From positions 1,641 to 65,640 of the forward strand of contig CAZKJF010000018.1 of the NCBI GenBank assembly GCA_964553025.1: a DNA stretch of 64,000 nucleotides, written 5' to 3'. The position numbers were made by a program, and so were the translations under genes. The first letter of the stretch is position 1; each line of letters starts with the position of its first letter. Source of the stretch: an uncultured Candidatus Saccharibacteria bacterium. GTDB lineage: Bacteria; Patescibacteriota; Minisyncoccia; 2-02-FULL-40-12; GWA2-44-9. Under the pieces are notes generated by a model. The model made no database searches and was not told where the DNA came from. It saw nothing but the letters and a program-made list of their open reading frames with translations. Of the stretch, positions 54,953 through 64,000 are shown in pieces.

Positions 54953-56350
54953 ATGGGAAAAACTCTATTTTCAATGTTAGTAGGGTTTATGAGCCTTGTC
55001 ACATTCTCCCATTACGGCGGCGACTTCCGGACCCACTTCCAACGCGAGATTGTAATACGTCATGTAAATTCAAATCCGACGGCAACGCCGGATTTTGATG
55101 CTGGTCAAATTTCGGATGGCGCCGTAATTTCTTCGTCTTCGTTTGATCCGGCCAATCAAATCGCTCTTTTGCCCTTAACGAAATTACGCAGTTCCCGATC
55201 CCCCGTTTTGCATACGCCGGCGCCGCCCAAACCAACGTTAACTCCAAAGAACATGCCTACCCCACAACCGACTGCAGTACCGACTCCTGCTCCCACTGTA
55301 GTTTTGACGGCGACTCCGCTTGCTACGATTAAAGCCACAATTACTCCCACACCTGTAAACACGCAAGTAGCTTCCGCTCCCACCACTACGCCAAAATCCA
55401 CACCAGCCCCCACTCCCACCAAAACTCCCGCGCCAAGCAAAACACCTACCCCGGCTCCGACTGCAACTCCTAAATCCAGTCCGACGAGAACCCCGACGCC
55501 GTCGCCAATCAAAACTCCCACGCCCACTCCCGCACCATCGCCAACTCCGACTCCCGTCCAGCCGCCCAGCGGCCTAACCTGGGGCGCCTATGTCGGCGAT
55601 GGTTCGGCATCAGCATTTGAATCGCTCGTCGGACACTCCATGGACATGCAAGCGATATTCTCGGCCTGGAACGACGGATTTCCGTCTTATGCTAAATCTA
55701 CAGTCGGCGCCGGCAAAACATTGGTCATATTTTGGGAACAATACGACGTAACTCTGGATCAAATTATCAGCGGCAGCCAAGACAGTGTTATCACTCAATT
55801 CGCCGCCGGCGCCCGATCCTACGGCTCGCCTATTATTCTCGCCCCCTTCCATGAAATGAACGGGAACTGGGACCCCTGGGATGGCACAGTGGGCTCCAAC
55901 ACGCCCGCTAAAGTAATCACTGCCTGGAAACATCTTCGCGACGTGTTCGGCAACGTCTCCAACGTTAAATTCGCCTGGGACGTAAACAACGAATCGGTCC
56001 CCGATACCTCGGGAAATGAGATCAGGGATTATTACCCCGGCGACGCGTATGTGGACTACCTTGCCGTGGACGGCTTTAACTTCGGCAATCCCTGGCAGAC
56101 GTGGGAACAGGTCTTCTCCGATGCGCTCGGCCAGCTCTCGGCTATTTCCTCAAAGCCGATCTATATCCTCTCCATGGCTTCGGCTGATGGCAGCCAGAAA
56201 GGCGCCTGGATCACTGACGGCCTGGGTTCGGCGATTAAAAAATACCCGCAAGTCGCGGGCTGGGTCTGGTTCAATGAAAACAAGGAAGAGAATTGGCTGG
56301 TAAACTCTACGAGCGCGGCTCTGGCCGCTTTCAAGTCGGTAATTCCTTAG
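54953..56350 (+). CDS. glycoside hydrolase family 26 with a Pro/Thr-rich linker
   Basis: FHEMNGNW.PW, YYPGDAYVDYLAVDGFN, WFNENKE. Confidence 0.85.
   Translation: MGKTLFSMLVGFMSLVTFSHYGGDFRTHFQREIVIRHVNSNPTATPDFDAGQISDGAVISSSSFDPANQIALLPLTKLRSSRSPVLHTPAPPKPTLTPKNMPTPQPTAVPTPAPTVVLTATPLATIKATITPTPVNTQVASAPTTTPKSTPAPTPTKTPAPSKTPTPAPTATPKSSPTRTPTPSPIKTPTPTPAPSPTPTPVQPPSGLTWGAYVGDGSASAFESLVGHSMDMQAIFSAWNDGFPSYAKSTVGAGKTLVIFWEQYDVTLDQIISGSQDSVITQFAAGARSYGSPIILAPFHEMNGNWDPWDGTVGSNTPAKVITAWKHLRDVFGNVSNVKFAWDVNNESVPDTSGNEIRDYYPGDAYVDYLAVDGFNFGNPWQTWEQVFSDALGQLSAISSKPIYILSMASADGSQKGAWITDGLGSAIKKYPQVAGWVWFNENKEENWLVNSTSAALAAFKSVIP
55240..55570 (+). repeat. low-complexity (PT/PS)n coding repeat
   Basis: PTPAPTKTPAPSKTPTPAPTATP... 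(approximate bounds). Confidence 0.75.
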
Positions 56351-56793
56351 TTGCAGGCTTCAGCGTCAAGAAGCCTATCGAGAATTTCCTGATTCTGGAC
56401 TTCGCTGCCGGTATACTCGGAGATAGAAAACTTTTCCGCCAGCGCCGCGCGGGAGCTAAAATCAGCCGGCAGGTCTTTTGCGTGCAAATAATCCACGAGC
56501 GAATTTCCCTGGTAGGTTTCCAACTCGGAAATGCAGGTGTGTGATCGATATTTCACGAATGCCGTCGGAATCGGAACGGCCTCCGAATGACCGTCCGTCG
56601 TTTCCCAAAAATCAAGCAAACTTAAAATCTTGTCGGGACGAACGTATCGTTCAACGTGCCGGCTGGCCCGGGAGATATATTTGATATTCGAAGAATTGCT
56701 GGCCAGTCCGGCGCCGATCATAATTCCCGCGGTCGTGAAAACGAACGCAGTGATCAGCACGATGATAAGAATGGGAAGAAACCGGTACTTCAT
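56347..56793 (-). CDS. membrane-anchored protein with a DUF3597-like C-terminal motif
   Basis: SLVDYL..KD...DFSSRAALA.KF.I..YTGS..QN..IL..L. Confidence 0.65.
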   Translation of the reverse strand: MKYRFLPILIIVLITAFVFTTAGIMIGAGLASNSSNIKYISRASRHVERYVRPDKILSLLDFWETTDGHSEAVPIPTAFVKYRSHTCISELETYQGNSLVDYLHAKDLPADFSSRAALAEKFSISEYTGSEVQNQEILDRLLDAEACN

Positions 56794-56921
56794 TATTTTT
56801 TCAGGAAATACGTTTCGCGCGCTTTGTCATACGCGCCGCGCGTCTTTTTCCAGCCGATGACGACCAGGTGCACGAGCGTTGAGAGGCCGACAAATGAAAG
56901 AAAGAATGTCATTGCGTACAT
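56793..56921 (-). CDS. 42-aa single-TM peptide
   Basis: MYAMTFFLSFVGLSTLVHLVVIGWKK...; fills the gap between GT2 and the next gene with a TAATG overlap. Confidence 0.5.
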   Translation of the reverse strand: MYAMTFFLSFVGLSTLVHLVVIGWKKTRGAYDKARETYFLKK

Positions 56922-56929
56922 GTAAGTGT

Positions 56930-57967
56930 TTAAATTTGGACTCGATCGGGTTTGAACCAGACGAGATTTTTTTTGCGAAGGATAACTTCCTTGATGCACT
57001 GCTCGACCAGAATGTATGCGTTGACGTACATCAGGAACATGTACGCAAACGGCGCCAGTACCAGATCAATACGCCGCTCGAAATATGCGGCCAAGATACC
57101 GAAAAGAATTGCGTTGACCAAATACGGGACGAAGAACAATAAGGCCAGCTTCAAATTGATCAGCGGCAGAATGAACATCATCAGAGGGAGAATCACGCCT
57201 TCAATATAAATTAAACCGAGCTCCAGTGCCCCTGCTGGTTTGAAAATAATATCCAAGTGTTTAACGAGATTCTGCCAGCCGCCACCGTACCAGCGGCGAA
57301 GCTGATTGCGGTAGGCATGGAGCGTGGCCGGGTCCTGGGTATTTACCACCGCCTTGCGGTTATACGCGATCTTGTAGCCGGCTTTGTGAATCTTGTACGT
57401 AAAGTCCAGGTCCTCGGTGATCGTGTCATGATCGAAAGTGCAGTAGTCGCGAAAAACTTGGGTTCGGAAGGCCGCTGCCGCGCCCGGGATGACGAACATG
57501 AACCCAATATAGCTTTGGGCCAATTTATGGATATTCTGGCTGATCGAATACTCAAAGGCGCGGCAGCGGGTCAGCCAATTATATTTCATGCTCCGAACAT
57601 ATCCCGACGCCGCGCCGACTGCCGAATCTTTAAATTCTTTTATGATTTCCTCGATGAATCGAGGATCGAGGATCGTATCGGCATCGGTCGTTACCATGAT
57701 GTCGCCGGTTACAAACCGAAGACCGTATTCCTGAGCGCTAGATTTGTTGCCAGTGTTCTTGGGCGTCCGCAGGACCGTAATCCGATCGGCGTATCGAGCC
57801 AGAATTTCCGGCGTCCGGTCTTTGCTGCAGTCATCCACGAAAATAACCTGGTCGGCGGGCCGGGTCTGGTTCAGACAGGACAATACGCATTTCTCGACCA
57901 TTGCTTCCTCGTTATAGCAAGGAATTAAGATCGAAATATTTGGTTTTTTCGTTCGGGACAATGACAC
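56930..57967 (-). CDS. processive GT2 polysaccharide synthase-like protein
   Basis: DD, DAD, TED and QLRRW motifs plus C-terminal TMs. Confidence 0.88.
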   Translation of the reverse strand: MSLSRTKKPNISILIPCYNEEAMVEKCVLSCLNQTRPADQVIFVDDCSKDRTPEILARYADRITVLRTPKNTGNKSSAQEYGLRFVTGDIMVTTDADTILDPRFIEEIIKEFKDSAVGAASGYVRSMKYNWLTRCRAFEYSISQNIHKLAQSYIGFMFVIPGAAAAFRTQVFRDYCTFDHDTITEDLDFTYKIHKAGYKIAYNRKAVVNTQDPATLHAYRNQLRRWYGGGWQNLVKHLDIIFKPAGALELGLIYIEGVILPLMMFILPLINLKLALLFFVPYLVNAILFGILAAYFERRIDLVLAPFAYMFLMYVNAYILVEQCIKEVILRKKNLVWFKPDRVQI

Positions 57968-57985
57968 GGATCAGATATATCAAAA

Positions 57986-58017
57986 AATAAATAGGCGGCT
58001 AAGCCGCCCTATTTATT
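57986..58017 (-). terminator. terminator-like hairpin
   Basis: AATAAATAGGCGGC-TAA-GCCG(C)CCTATTTATT. Confidence 0.6.
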
Positions 58018-58041
58018 ATCGCAAAATCCCGATTTTGTCAA

Positions 58042-58257
58042 CTATTGGGCTGGTTTTATGAGATCATATAGGAAGAAAGAGACAAATGAAACCAAAAAGC
58101 ACAACGCGCCAAATGTATCCTCGCGGGGCCATGACGCGAAATGCGTCAACGGCAAAGACAGAGTTTCCGGGTGGGTGGACGCGTTGATCGCAATATACAC
58201 CCACCCCAAAAGTCCGAATATGAACAAGGTTTTTGATGCTGATTGAATGAATTTCAT
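58042..58257 (-). CDS. small two-TM membrane protein
   Basis: 71 aa, hydrophobic; HPETL..PLTH...PREDTFG. Confidence 0.6.
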   Translation of the reverse strand: MKFIQSASKTLFIFGLLGWVYIAINASTHPETLSLPLTHFASWPREDTFGALCFLVSFVSFFLYDLIKPAQ

Positions 58258-58266
58258 GATTATAAT

Positions 58267-59574
58267 TTACTGACCGTTCAGGACTTTTTCAAGCGCGTCA
58301 TAAGCCGGCTTCTTGCTGCCGTCATACCTTACCAATCCAAAGAAGTTTTCTTTATTACTACTGTCAGTCCCTACATCTTGGAAAGAGTACCAAAGAAAAG
58401 GTCCCGCCCACGCATACTCCTTATAGTGAGCTAACGCATCCTCCAATATTCTTGATTGCAAATCCTCACTTACATGATCGGCTGCTCCTTCTTTCTTTGT
58501 ATTTCCCAGAATGGCCATATCTCCAGGGCCATTGGTCGGAGCTCCAAATTCTGTAATCCAAATTTTCTTTTGCCCATCACCATTATTCGCCATTATCTGG
58601 TACATCTGCGTCATACCCGGCCATGGATTTCCTGTTGTATTAAAGCTCGGCAAAAAGGGATACGAGTAAGGATGTACTGCTACTCCATCAAAGTATCCTT
58701 TTGCACCATTTGCATACAATTGCTTAACAAAATCAATTTCACCTATATTCCCCTGTCCTGTCATAACCGCAGCCAGACCGCCGGTAAGAACTGTTGCATT
58801 CGGATCGACATTCTTGATTGCAATATAGCTTGCCTTTAATAGAGAGACATAAGAAGACATGTTTACCGTTGGCATCCAGTACCCATAATAGTTCTCCTCG
58901 TTCCAAATTTCCCAAACCTTTACTCCACTAGCTGCATATCTCTTAGCCGCCAAAGAGACAAATTCCGCAAATTGCGAAGGGTCCGCTGGCGCACACTTAT
59001 TTGAAGAGCAGCCAGATGTTCGGGCCCATGTTGGAGTATAGGTCAATAATGCTATTGGTTCTATTCCAAGCTCTTGAGCAACAGAAACAACTAAATCGTA
59101 TCCTGCCCAATTATAAGACTTAGGACCATCTTTTTGAACCAAACTCCAGTCAATATCAAATCTGATCCATTTCACGCCCGCATTCTTCATGACTTGAAAC
59201 CGGGCAGTTAAATCTTTCCGGGACAAAAAAGAAAGACCACCACCGGCCGCAATACCAAAATTGTCTTGCAATGATACAGGCGTATTTGTGTTGGGCACAC
59301 TTGAAGGTTGGGGCAAAGGAGTATTTGCTTTTGAAGAAATTGGTATTACTGTCCTTGCTGGTTTTTGAGGAGATGGCCGAGGGGTCGGAGTCGGCGCAAA
59401 CTGGGATCGATGAGAGAAGAAAGGGTAACGGATCAAGGCCATCGGGCTTTCTTGCTGACTCACGTCTGTTGCGACTTGAGGCATTCTAAAATAAAATACC
59501 CCTAGAACAAGGAGAGTAACCAGGATAATAGAGAGAAAAATCAGTTTACCAAATTCGGGATGTCTATTGCTCAA
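58267..59574 (-). CDS. clan GH-A glycoside hydrolase (GH5/GH39-like), membrane-anchored
   Basis: WIRFDIDW, WEIWNE, AVHPY, IWITEFG, FGLV. Confidence 0.85.
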   Translation of the reverse strand: MSNRHPEFGKLIFLSIILVTLLVLGVFYFRMPQVATDVSQQESPMALIRYPFFSHRSQFAPTPTPRPSPQKPARTVIPISSKANTPLPQPSSVPNTNTPVSLQDNFGIAAGGGLSFLSRKDLTARFQVMKNAGVKWIRFDIDWSLVQKDGPKSYNWAGYDLVVSVAQELGIEPIALLTYTPTWARTSGCSSNKCAPADPSQFAEFVSLAAKRYAASGVKVWEIWNEENYYGYWMPTVNMSSYVSLLKASYIAIKNVDPNATVLTGGLAAVMTGQGNIGEIDFVKQLYANGAKGYFDGVAVHPYSYPFLPSFNTTGNPWPGMTQMYQIMANNGDGQKKIWITEFGAPTNGPGDMAILGNTKKEGAADHVSEDLQSRILEDALAHYKEYAWAGPFLWYSFQDVGTDSSNKENFFGLVRYDGSKKPAYDALEKVLNGQ

Positions 59575-59577
59575 AGC

Positions 59578-59626
59578 TTGATTTTACTTAAATATTGGGC
59601 TATAATAGTAATTACCTATTATAGCA
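59578..59626. promoter_or_regulatory. face-to-face sigma70 promoters within an inverted repeat
   Basis: Plus strand TTGATT-17-TATAAT; minus strand TGcTATAAT; arms GCTATAATAG/CTATTATAGC. Confidence 0.55.
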
Positions 59627-59631
59627 CATCC

Positions 59632-60891
59632 TTGAAAGAAAAGCTTTATAATTTATACCAGGATAGCTTATTCCGTAACTCCTTTTTTCTTATCCTAACT
59701 TCCGGCCTCATGGCTGGATTTGGCTTCTTTTTTTGGCTTATTTGTGCACGTGTTTTTGACGCCAAAAATGTTGGCTTGGCAACATCTCTTATTTCTGCAG
59801 CATCTCTTATGTCTATCTTCAGTACTCTTGGGTTTAACAATGTAATTATTCGTTTCCTCCCAACTTCCCAAAGAAAAGACCATCAAATATCGACAGCCCT
59901 AATTTCAACAGGAATTCTTAGTATTATTGTTTCTGCCCTATTCTGTATTTGGGCAATTTTTACTCACAATTCAGCTTTTACAGCGACTAACGTATTATGG
60001 TTGCTAATTATGACCTTCTCACTGCAGGTCTTCAGTACAACTCTTAACACTATATTCGAGAGTGTCTTTATAGCATATCGTCGTGCAGGATATATTTTGA
60101 CAAAGAGCATCATCTTTAGCACTTTAAAATTAATTATCCTTTTCACTGTCATTGATTACGGTTTTTATGGCATCCTTGGTGCCACTGCTATTTCTACAAC
60201 GATAGCTTGTCTCTTAAGTATCATCTGGCTAATAAAGAAATTTTCTTACCACCCGGTTTTAACTATTGATTCTGAAACAGTTGAAGAAACAAAACATTTT
60301 GCAGCAGGAAATTATCTAGGCACTCTGTTTGGCATACTACCTTCTACAACTTTAATCCTTATTATTTCTTCTCGACTTGGTCCTGAATTTGCTGCATTCT
60401 TCTATATCCCTTCCATGTTTATTACCTTATTGAATGTCATCCCTAGTTCAAGTGCCCAATCTTTCTTCGCAGAAGTATCCCACGATGAACCTGGAATGCA
60501 TACTTACTTTAAACAAACAATAAAACATCTCTTCGGACTTCTTGTCCCGGCTTCAGCCTTAATTATCTTAGCTGGTGGTTATATTTTAAGTTTTTTTGGA
60601 GCTAATTACGCCCAAGCAGGCACAAATCCTCTACGTATCATGGTGCTAGCAAGTTTTGTCGGTGCCGCAAATTATCTTGGAGATACCTTATTGAATATTA
60701 AAAAGATGTCGAGAACATATATATTCATGAATGCTTTGAACTCTCTTGCTATTGTTATTCCAGCTTACATTGTGGCACCTTATGGCCTCGTGACTATTGC
60801 ATGGATATCCCTACTGGGACAAATTATAACATTGGGTATTTACCTAATCATAAACCGGAATCTCCTTATTAGCTTGCGAACAAACTCTTGA
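59632..60891 (+). CDS. Wzx-like oligosaccharide flippase
   Basis: RNSFFL...GFFFW...AR...VGLA...LGF...IRFLP; about 12 TMs; TTG start assumed. Confidence 0.85.
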   Translation: MKEKLYNLYQDSLFRNSFFLILTSGLMAGFGFFFWLICARVFDAKNVGLATSLISAASLMSIFSTLGFNNVIIRFLPTSQRKDHQISTALISTGILSIIVSALFCIWAIFTHNSAFTATNVLWLLIMTFSLQVFSTTLNTIFESVFIAYRRAGYILTKSIIFSTLKLIILFTVIDYGFYGILGATAISTTIACLLSIIWLIKKFSYHPVLTIDSETVEETKHFAAGNYLGTLFGILPSTTLILIISSRLGPEFAAFFYIPSMFITLLNVIPSSSAQSFFAEVSHDEPGMHTYFKQTIKHLFGLLVPASALIILAGGYILSFFGANYAQAGTNPLRIMVLASFVGAANYLGDTLLNIKKMSRTYIFMNALNSLAIVIPAYIVAPYGLVTIAWISLLGQIITLGIYLIINRNLLISLRTNS

Positions 60892-61951
60892 TAGCATTTC
60901 TGGTATTTTCAACAATTGAAGGCCAGTTTAACTTCTCGGCATAAGCCTTTGCGTTTTGAGATTTTTGTTCTAATTTCTCAAGATTTTCAGCTGATTTGAC
61001 CATTGCATCAATCAGGCCATTAGGAGAAACGGGGTTATATTTGTAAACCAAATTGTCAGGTAAGAGAGATAAATCTCCAAGATTGGGCACTATTGCAGAT
61101 CGACCAAAAGAGAAAGAAAGGAGAATTGAACTTGAAGTAGTCACTTTTTTAAAAGGCAGGACCGTAATATTTGCGGCCGCAAAATAAAATTGCAACTCAT
61201 CATCAGGAATTATACCATCATGCCAAATAATTTCATTCGATTCTGACGCCTTATCCAATACTGAACGTAAATGTCGATCCAAACAAAGCCCTCCCACAAT
61301 AAGATGATTATGAGAGCTTTTAATTTTTCTATAAGCGCCCAATAAATCTTCTAATCCTTTATACGGCCTGATACTCCCTATGTAGAGATAAACAAAATCA
61401 CCTAGGGGAATCCGCAACCTTTGTCTACTTTCAAGTCTTTCTGCACCCATTGGATATACTCCAATATAACTCCCAATTGGTACTACAATACTTTTATGTG
61501 GCTTCATTATCTTGATTATTTCGTTTTGTGTTAGAACAGATGGAAATATTACGAGATCAGATTTTTTAATTAAATTAACTCGGGCCTGAAAATCATTTAA
61601 AAACACAGACTCGTGAGGCATAATATTGTGAGCCGTCCATACCAATTTATATCCTAAAAACTTGATCAGAAACAAACAAAATAGATAATACTGATAAAGG
61701 ATTTTCTTTGCAATTCGATTTTGCCAGATTTTTGCTTTGAGAGAAAAGGGGTATACCCAATGAATATGTAAAATTTTATATCCTTGTGTCCTTTTTAAGA
61801 CAAAGAAAACAGGTAAGGAAAATAAATTAAGAGTAGCGCTTGAAGAAAAAGATGGTATATATACAATATTATCACCTCTTTCTCGCATGTGCCGATAGAG
61901 AAGCTCTTGATATGGATTTCCTGTATCTCTAGGGAAAGCAAGAATTTTCAT
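60869..61951 (-). CDS. glycosyltransferase family 4
   Basis: NPYQ.LL, HIHW, VWTAHN..PHE, G.IRPYKG. Confidence 0.88.
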   Translation of the reverse strand: MKILAFPRDTGNPYQELLYRHMRERGDNIVYIPSFSSSATLNLFSLPVFFVLKRTQGYKILHIHWVYPFSLKAKIWQNRIAKKILYQYYLFCLFLIKFLGYKLVWTAHNIMPHESVFLNDFQARVNLIKKSDLVIFPSVLTQNEIIKIMKPHKSIVVPIGSYIGVYPMGAERLESRQRLRIPLGDFVYLYIGSIRPYKGLEDLLGAYRKIKSSHNHLIVGGLCLDRHLRSVLDKASESNEIIWHDGIIPDDELQFYFAAANITVLPFKKVTTSSSILLSFSFGRSAIVPNLGDLSLLPDNLVYKYNPVSPNGLIDAMVKSAENLEKLEQKSQNAKAYAEKLNWPSIVENTRNAIKSLFAS

Positions 61952-61953
61952 AA

Positions 61954-62844
61954 TTATTTATGGAGTAAAATTAGAATAACTTTTTTATAAAACCCCAAGG
62001 CATAGATGAGATTCAAAAAAGTTGTTTTAAATGGCTTTTGGCGGATATTTTTGATTATTGGAATAATAATAGTAAGCGGATACCACCAAAAAATAAAAGT
62101 GAGCGGCAAGCCGAGCATCCATGCTCCATATATGATGGGAACGGTATTGTCCCCAGTAATTTTCCAGCGTTGTTTAGGGTGTTTTTTCAAGAGCTGGGCT
62201 TTCGCCATTCCGTATTTGAAAGCTCGCTTCACTTCATCTTTAAAGTTACCCCAATCATGAGTAACAACTGCTTCTCGCACAAATCGAATACGATTACCTT
62301 TTTCTATTGACCGCCATGTAAAATCAACATCGGAACCAAAAGAAAATGACTCATCGAAACCACCTACTGATTCCCAGACACTCTTTTTAAAAGCCAAGTT
62401 AATAGTGGGGCTCGAAGTTAAATAATCGCCTTTTTTATCAGCCGAATTTAAATTTACATGAGTATGCGGACTAAAAGCCTTAACTGATCCCGCCGTCATT
62501 GTTTCTCGGCCCTGGATAATTGGTTCCGTGAGGTTAATAAGCCAATTTTCCGAAGGAACACAGTTTGCATCAATAAAGACAATAATATCCCCGAGCGCAT
62601 TTTTAATACCCATATTTCTTTGCTCTGGAATAGATGCTTTATTCTTAATTACGGAAGGAGCGAAATTAAACCAACGAACCTCAGGATATTTTTTTCTAAG
62701 TGATTCAAACAGGCCTACCCGTGAAGCATCCACAACAATAATTTCGTTGGGAAGCGAACTTTTTTGATACGTCAAAGCATCTAGAGTATTCGCGATACCC
62801 CAGTCATTTTTAACAATTATGATAATTGAAATAACCGGTTTCAT
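61954..62844 (-). CDS. glycosyltransferase family 2
   Basis: ISIII, IVFIDA, GGFDESF..GSDVDF. Confidence 0.88.
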   Translation of the reverse strand: MKPVISIIIIVKNDWGIANTLDALTYQKSSLPNEIIVVDASRVGLFESLRKKYPEVRWFNFAPSVIKNKASIPEQRNMGIKNALGDIIVFIDANCVPSENWLINLTEPIIQGRETMTAGSVKAFSPHTHVNLNSADKKGDYLTSSPTINLAFKKSVWESVGGFDESFSFGSDVDFTWRSIEKGNRIRFVREAVVTHDWGNFKDEVKRAFKYGMAKAQLLKKHPKQRWKITGDNTVPIIYGAWMLGLPLTFIFWWYPLTIIIPIIKNIRQKPFKTTFLNLIYALGFYKKVILILLHK

Positions 62845-62847
62845 AGA

Positions 62848-64000
62848 TTATTTAAATATCTGCGCTGTTTTATTATCGTAAATCTTATTTTTGTTTGCTT
62901 CCAAAAATTTTGACGGATATGTGTAGGCATACTCAGAGCCATTATTATCATACATCCCTTTACCACTGAGGGTATTTAAGTAACTAAGGTAGACATAAGA
63001 GTCCTTACTGATTATTGAGGGTAGTGTCTCAGTAATAATTTTACCCTTACTAATAAAAGAAAAGGCCGTAAGTTGGTGGTATCCCGGGTTGCTCGTAAAG
63101 ATCAAAGAATTATTGTCATAAATATTTTTGAACCACAAAGAAGCTGCTACCTCTGGGGTGCTTGTGTAAAATTTATCATAATCTTCTCCGTAATTATTAA
63201 GGCCGATAGATGGAAATCCCCCGGTTATATTAAAAACAAACCCAGAGTAAAACAAAAACTGAATGCAATAGAGACAAGCCAAAATAAACATACTCGCTCT
63301 TTTACTCTTGATAGTTTTTATTAGGGAAAAACCTCCATAAACACCGCAAATCCCCCAAAAAATAAGGAGTTGGAAATAAAGTCGCTCTAGATTATATTGA
63401 TCCAATGCTTGTGGAATCAAAAGAAATAAAGCTAGCAAAATAAAACCAGAGAACGAAAGCCAAATAAATTCACTTAACTTAAACTTACCTCTATACCAGC
63501 CATATACCAAGAGTAAAACTCCAGCAACAACGAAGATGTTGTTTAACGTAATCTTGGTATATTTAAAAGTCAGGAGTATAAAAGATTTTACTTTTACCCC
63601 AAGAAGAGGTGGAATTTGTTTAAATACAGCAGAACTAATTACTTGGACAGAAATCTCTTGATCATTATAATATCGAAGCGAGGGCTCTTTTTTCTTAAAA
63701 TATTCAGTAGCTTGGGTAATATAGGTCGGCAGATCGACACTGGCTGAATTAGCATATAATGTTTGGTCAATTGCTCCAGTGATTATATCTGATGTAAAAA
63801 TCTTGCTGACATTAGAGGATGATTGATCGATAAAATTTGTAAAATTATTTGAGGTGTGAGTAATGAAAGTATTCCAAACCAATACAGAGCAAACAAGAAA
63901 TATAATGAAAAAAAATGAAATCGTGCTACTAAAAACAACATCGGGCACAAGTTTCTTAATTCGCGACCAGCGAGTTACCCAAAAAGAAATCTTGTTTAAA
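62848..64000 (-). CDS. polytopic membrane protein (DUF2206-like), truncated by the right edge
   Basis: Frame stays open to the window end; YNLERLY, E.AA..W, YVYL, NKIYDN C-terminal pattern. Confidence 0.6.
   Translation of the reverse strand, partial: LNKISFWVTRWSRIKKLVPDVVFSSTISFFFIIFLVCSVLVWNTFITHTSNNFTNFIDQSSSNVSKIFTSDIITGAIDQTLYANSASVDLPTYITQATEYFKKKEPSLRYYNDQEISVQVISSAVFKQIPPLLGVKVKSFILLTFKYTKITLNNIFVVAGVLLLVYGWYRGKFKLSEFIWLSFSGFILLALFLLIPQALDQYNLERLYFQLLIFWGICGVYGGFSLIKTIKSKRASMFILACLYCIQFLFYSGFVFNITGGFPSIGLNNYGEDYDKFYTSTPEVAASLWFKNIYDNNSLIFTSNPGYHQLTAFSFISKGKIITETLPSIISKDSYVYLSYLNTLSGKGMYDNNGSEYAYTYPSKFLEANKNKIYDNKTAQIFK

Noticed and set aside
55240-55570. Tandem DNA repeat or contingency locus
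   Set aside because: The repetition is at the amino-acid level (Pro/Thr) with varied codons, i.e. a linker, not a DNA repeat array.
1-64000. CRISPR array, DGR/retron, IS element, integrase, rRNA
   Set aside because: No regularly spaced direct repeats, no RT, transposase or recombinase motifs, and no rRNA-like stretch seen.
1-64000. Alternative genetic code (TGA=Gly, code 25)
   Set aside because: Conserved genes translate full-length in code 11, and TGA terminates genes in ATGA overlaps (e.g. 464-467, 3371-3374).

Overview
A 64 kb chromosomal window from a small-genome bacterium with the gene content of Patescibacteria/CPR (Parcubacteria-like; a Yanofskybacteria affinity is a recollection-based guess). 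It uses genetic code 11 (TGA is stop). In order it holds a cell-surface glycan operon (GT2/GT4, O-antigen-ligase-like, LCP, S41 protease), mreB, and the infA-rpmJ-rpsM-rpsK-rpsD-rpoA-rplQ-rplM-rpsI operon, whose rpoA lacks the alpha-CTD. Next come dus, a short alaS, a UvrD-nuclease fusion, obg, DrrAB-like ABC genes, an ECF sigma/DUF5667 pair, four tRNAs (His, Pro, Arg, Gly), rarA, HU, rny, gpmI and mnmA. The later part has two lytic-transglycosylase-like genes, a large VirB2-like pilin fusion, a MacAB-like operon, an exopolysaccharide-type locus and an AT-rich glycan island at the right end. No CRISPR array, transposase, integrase, reverse transcriptase or rRNA was seen. The most notable sequence-level signals are five: (1) five unrelated orphan genes share a promoter-GTTCTT(T/C)-ATG cassette architecture; (2) an ECF-type promoter (GTAAC/T-N16-CGTAT) recurs ahead of the sigma gene, a DUF5666 gene and the MacAB-DUF5666 operon; (3) an attenuator-like leader RNA precedes infA; (4) a small ORF's start codon shares a base with the CCA end of tRNA-Arg; (5) leaderless promoters are widespread. 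All protein family calls come from motif recognition by eye, not database searches.
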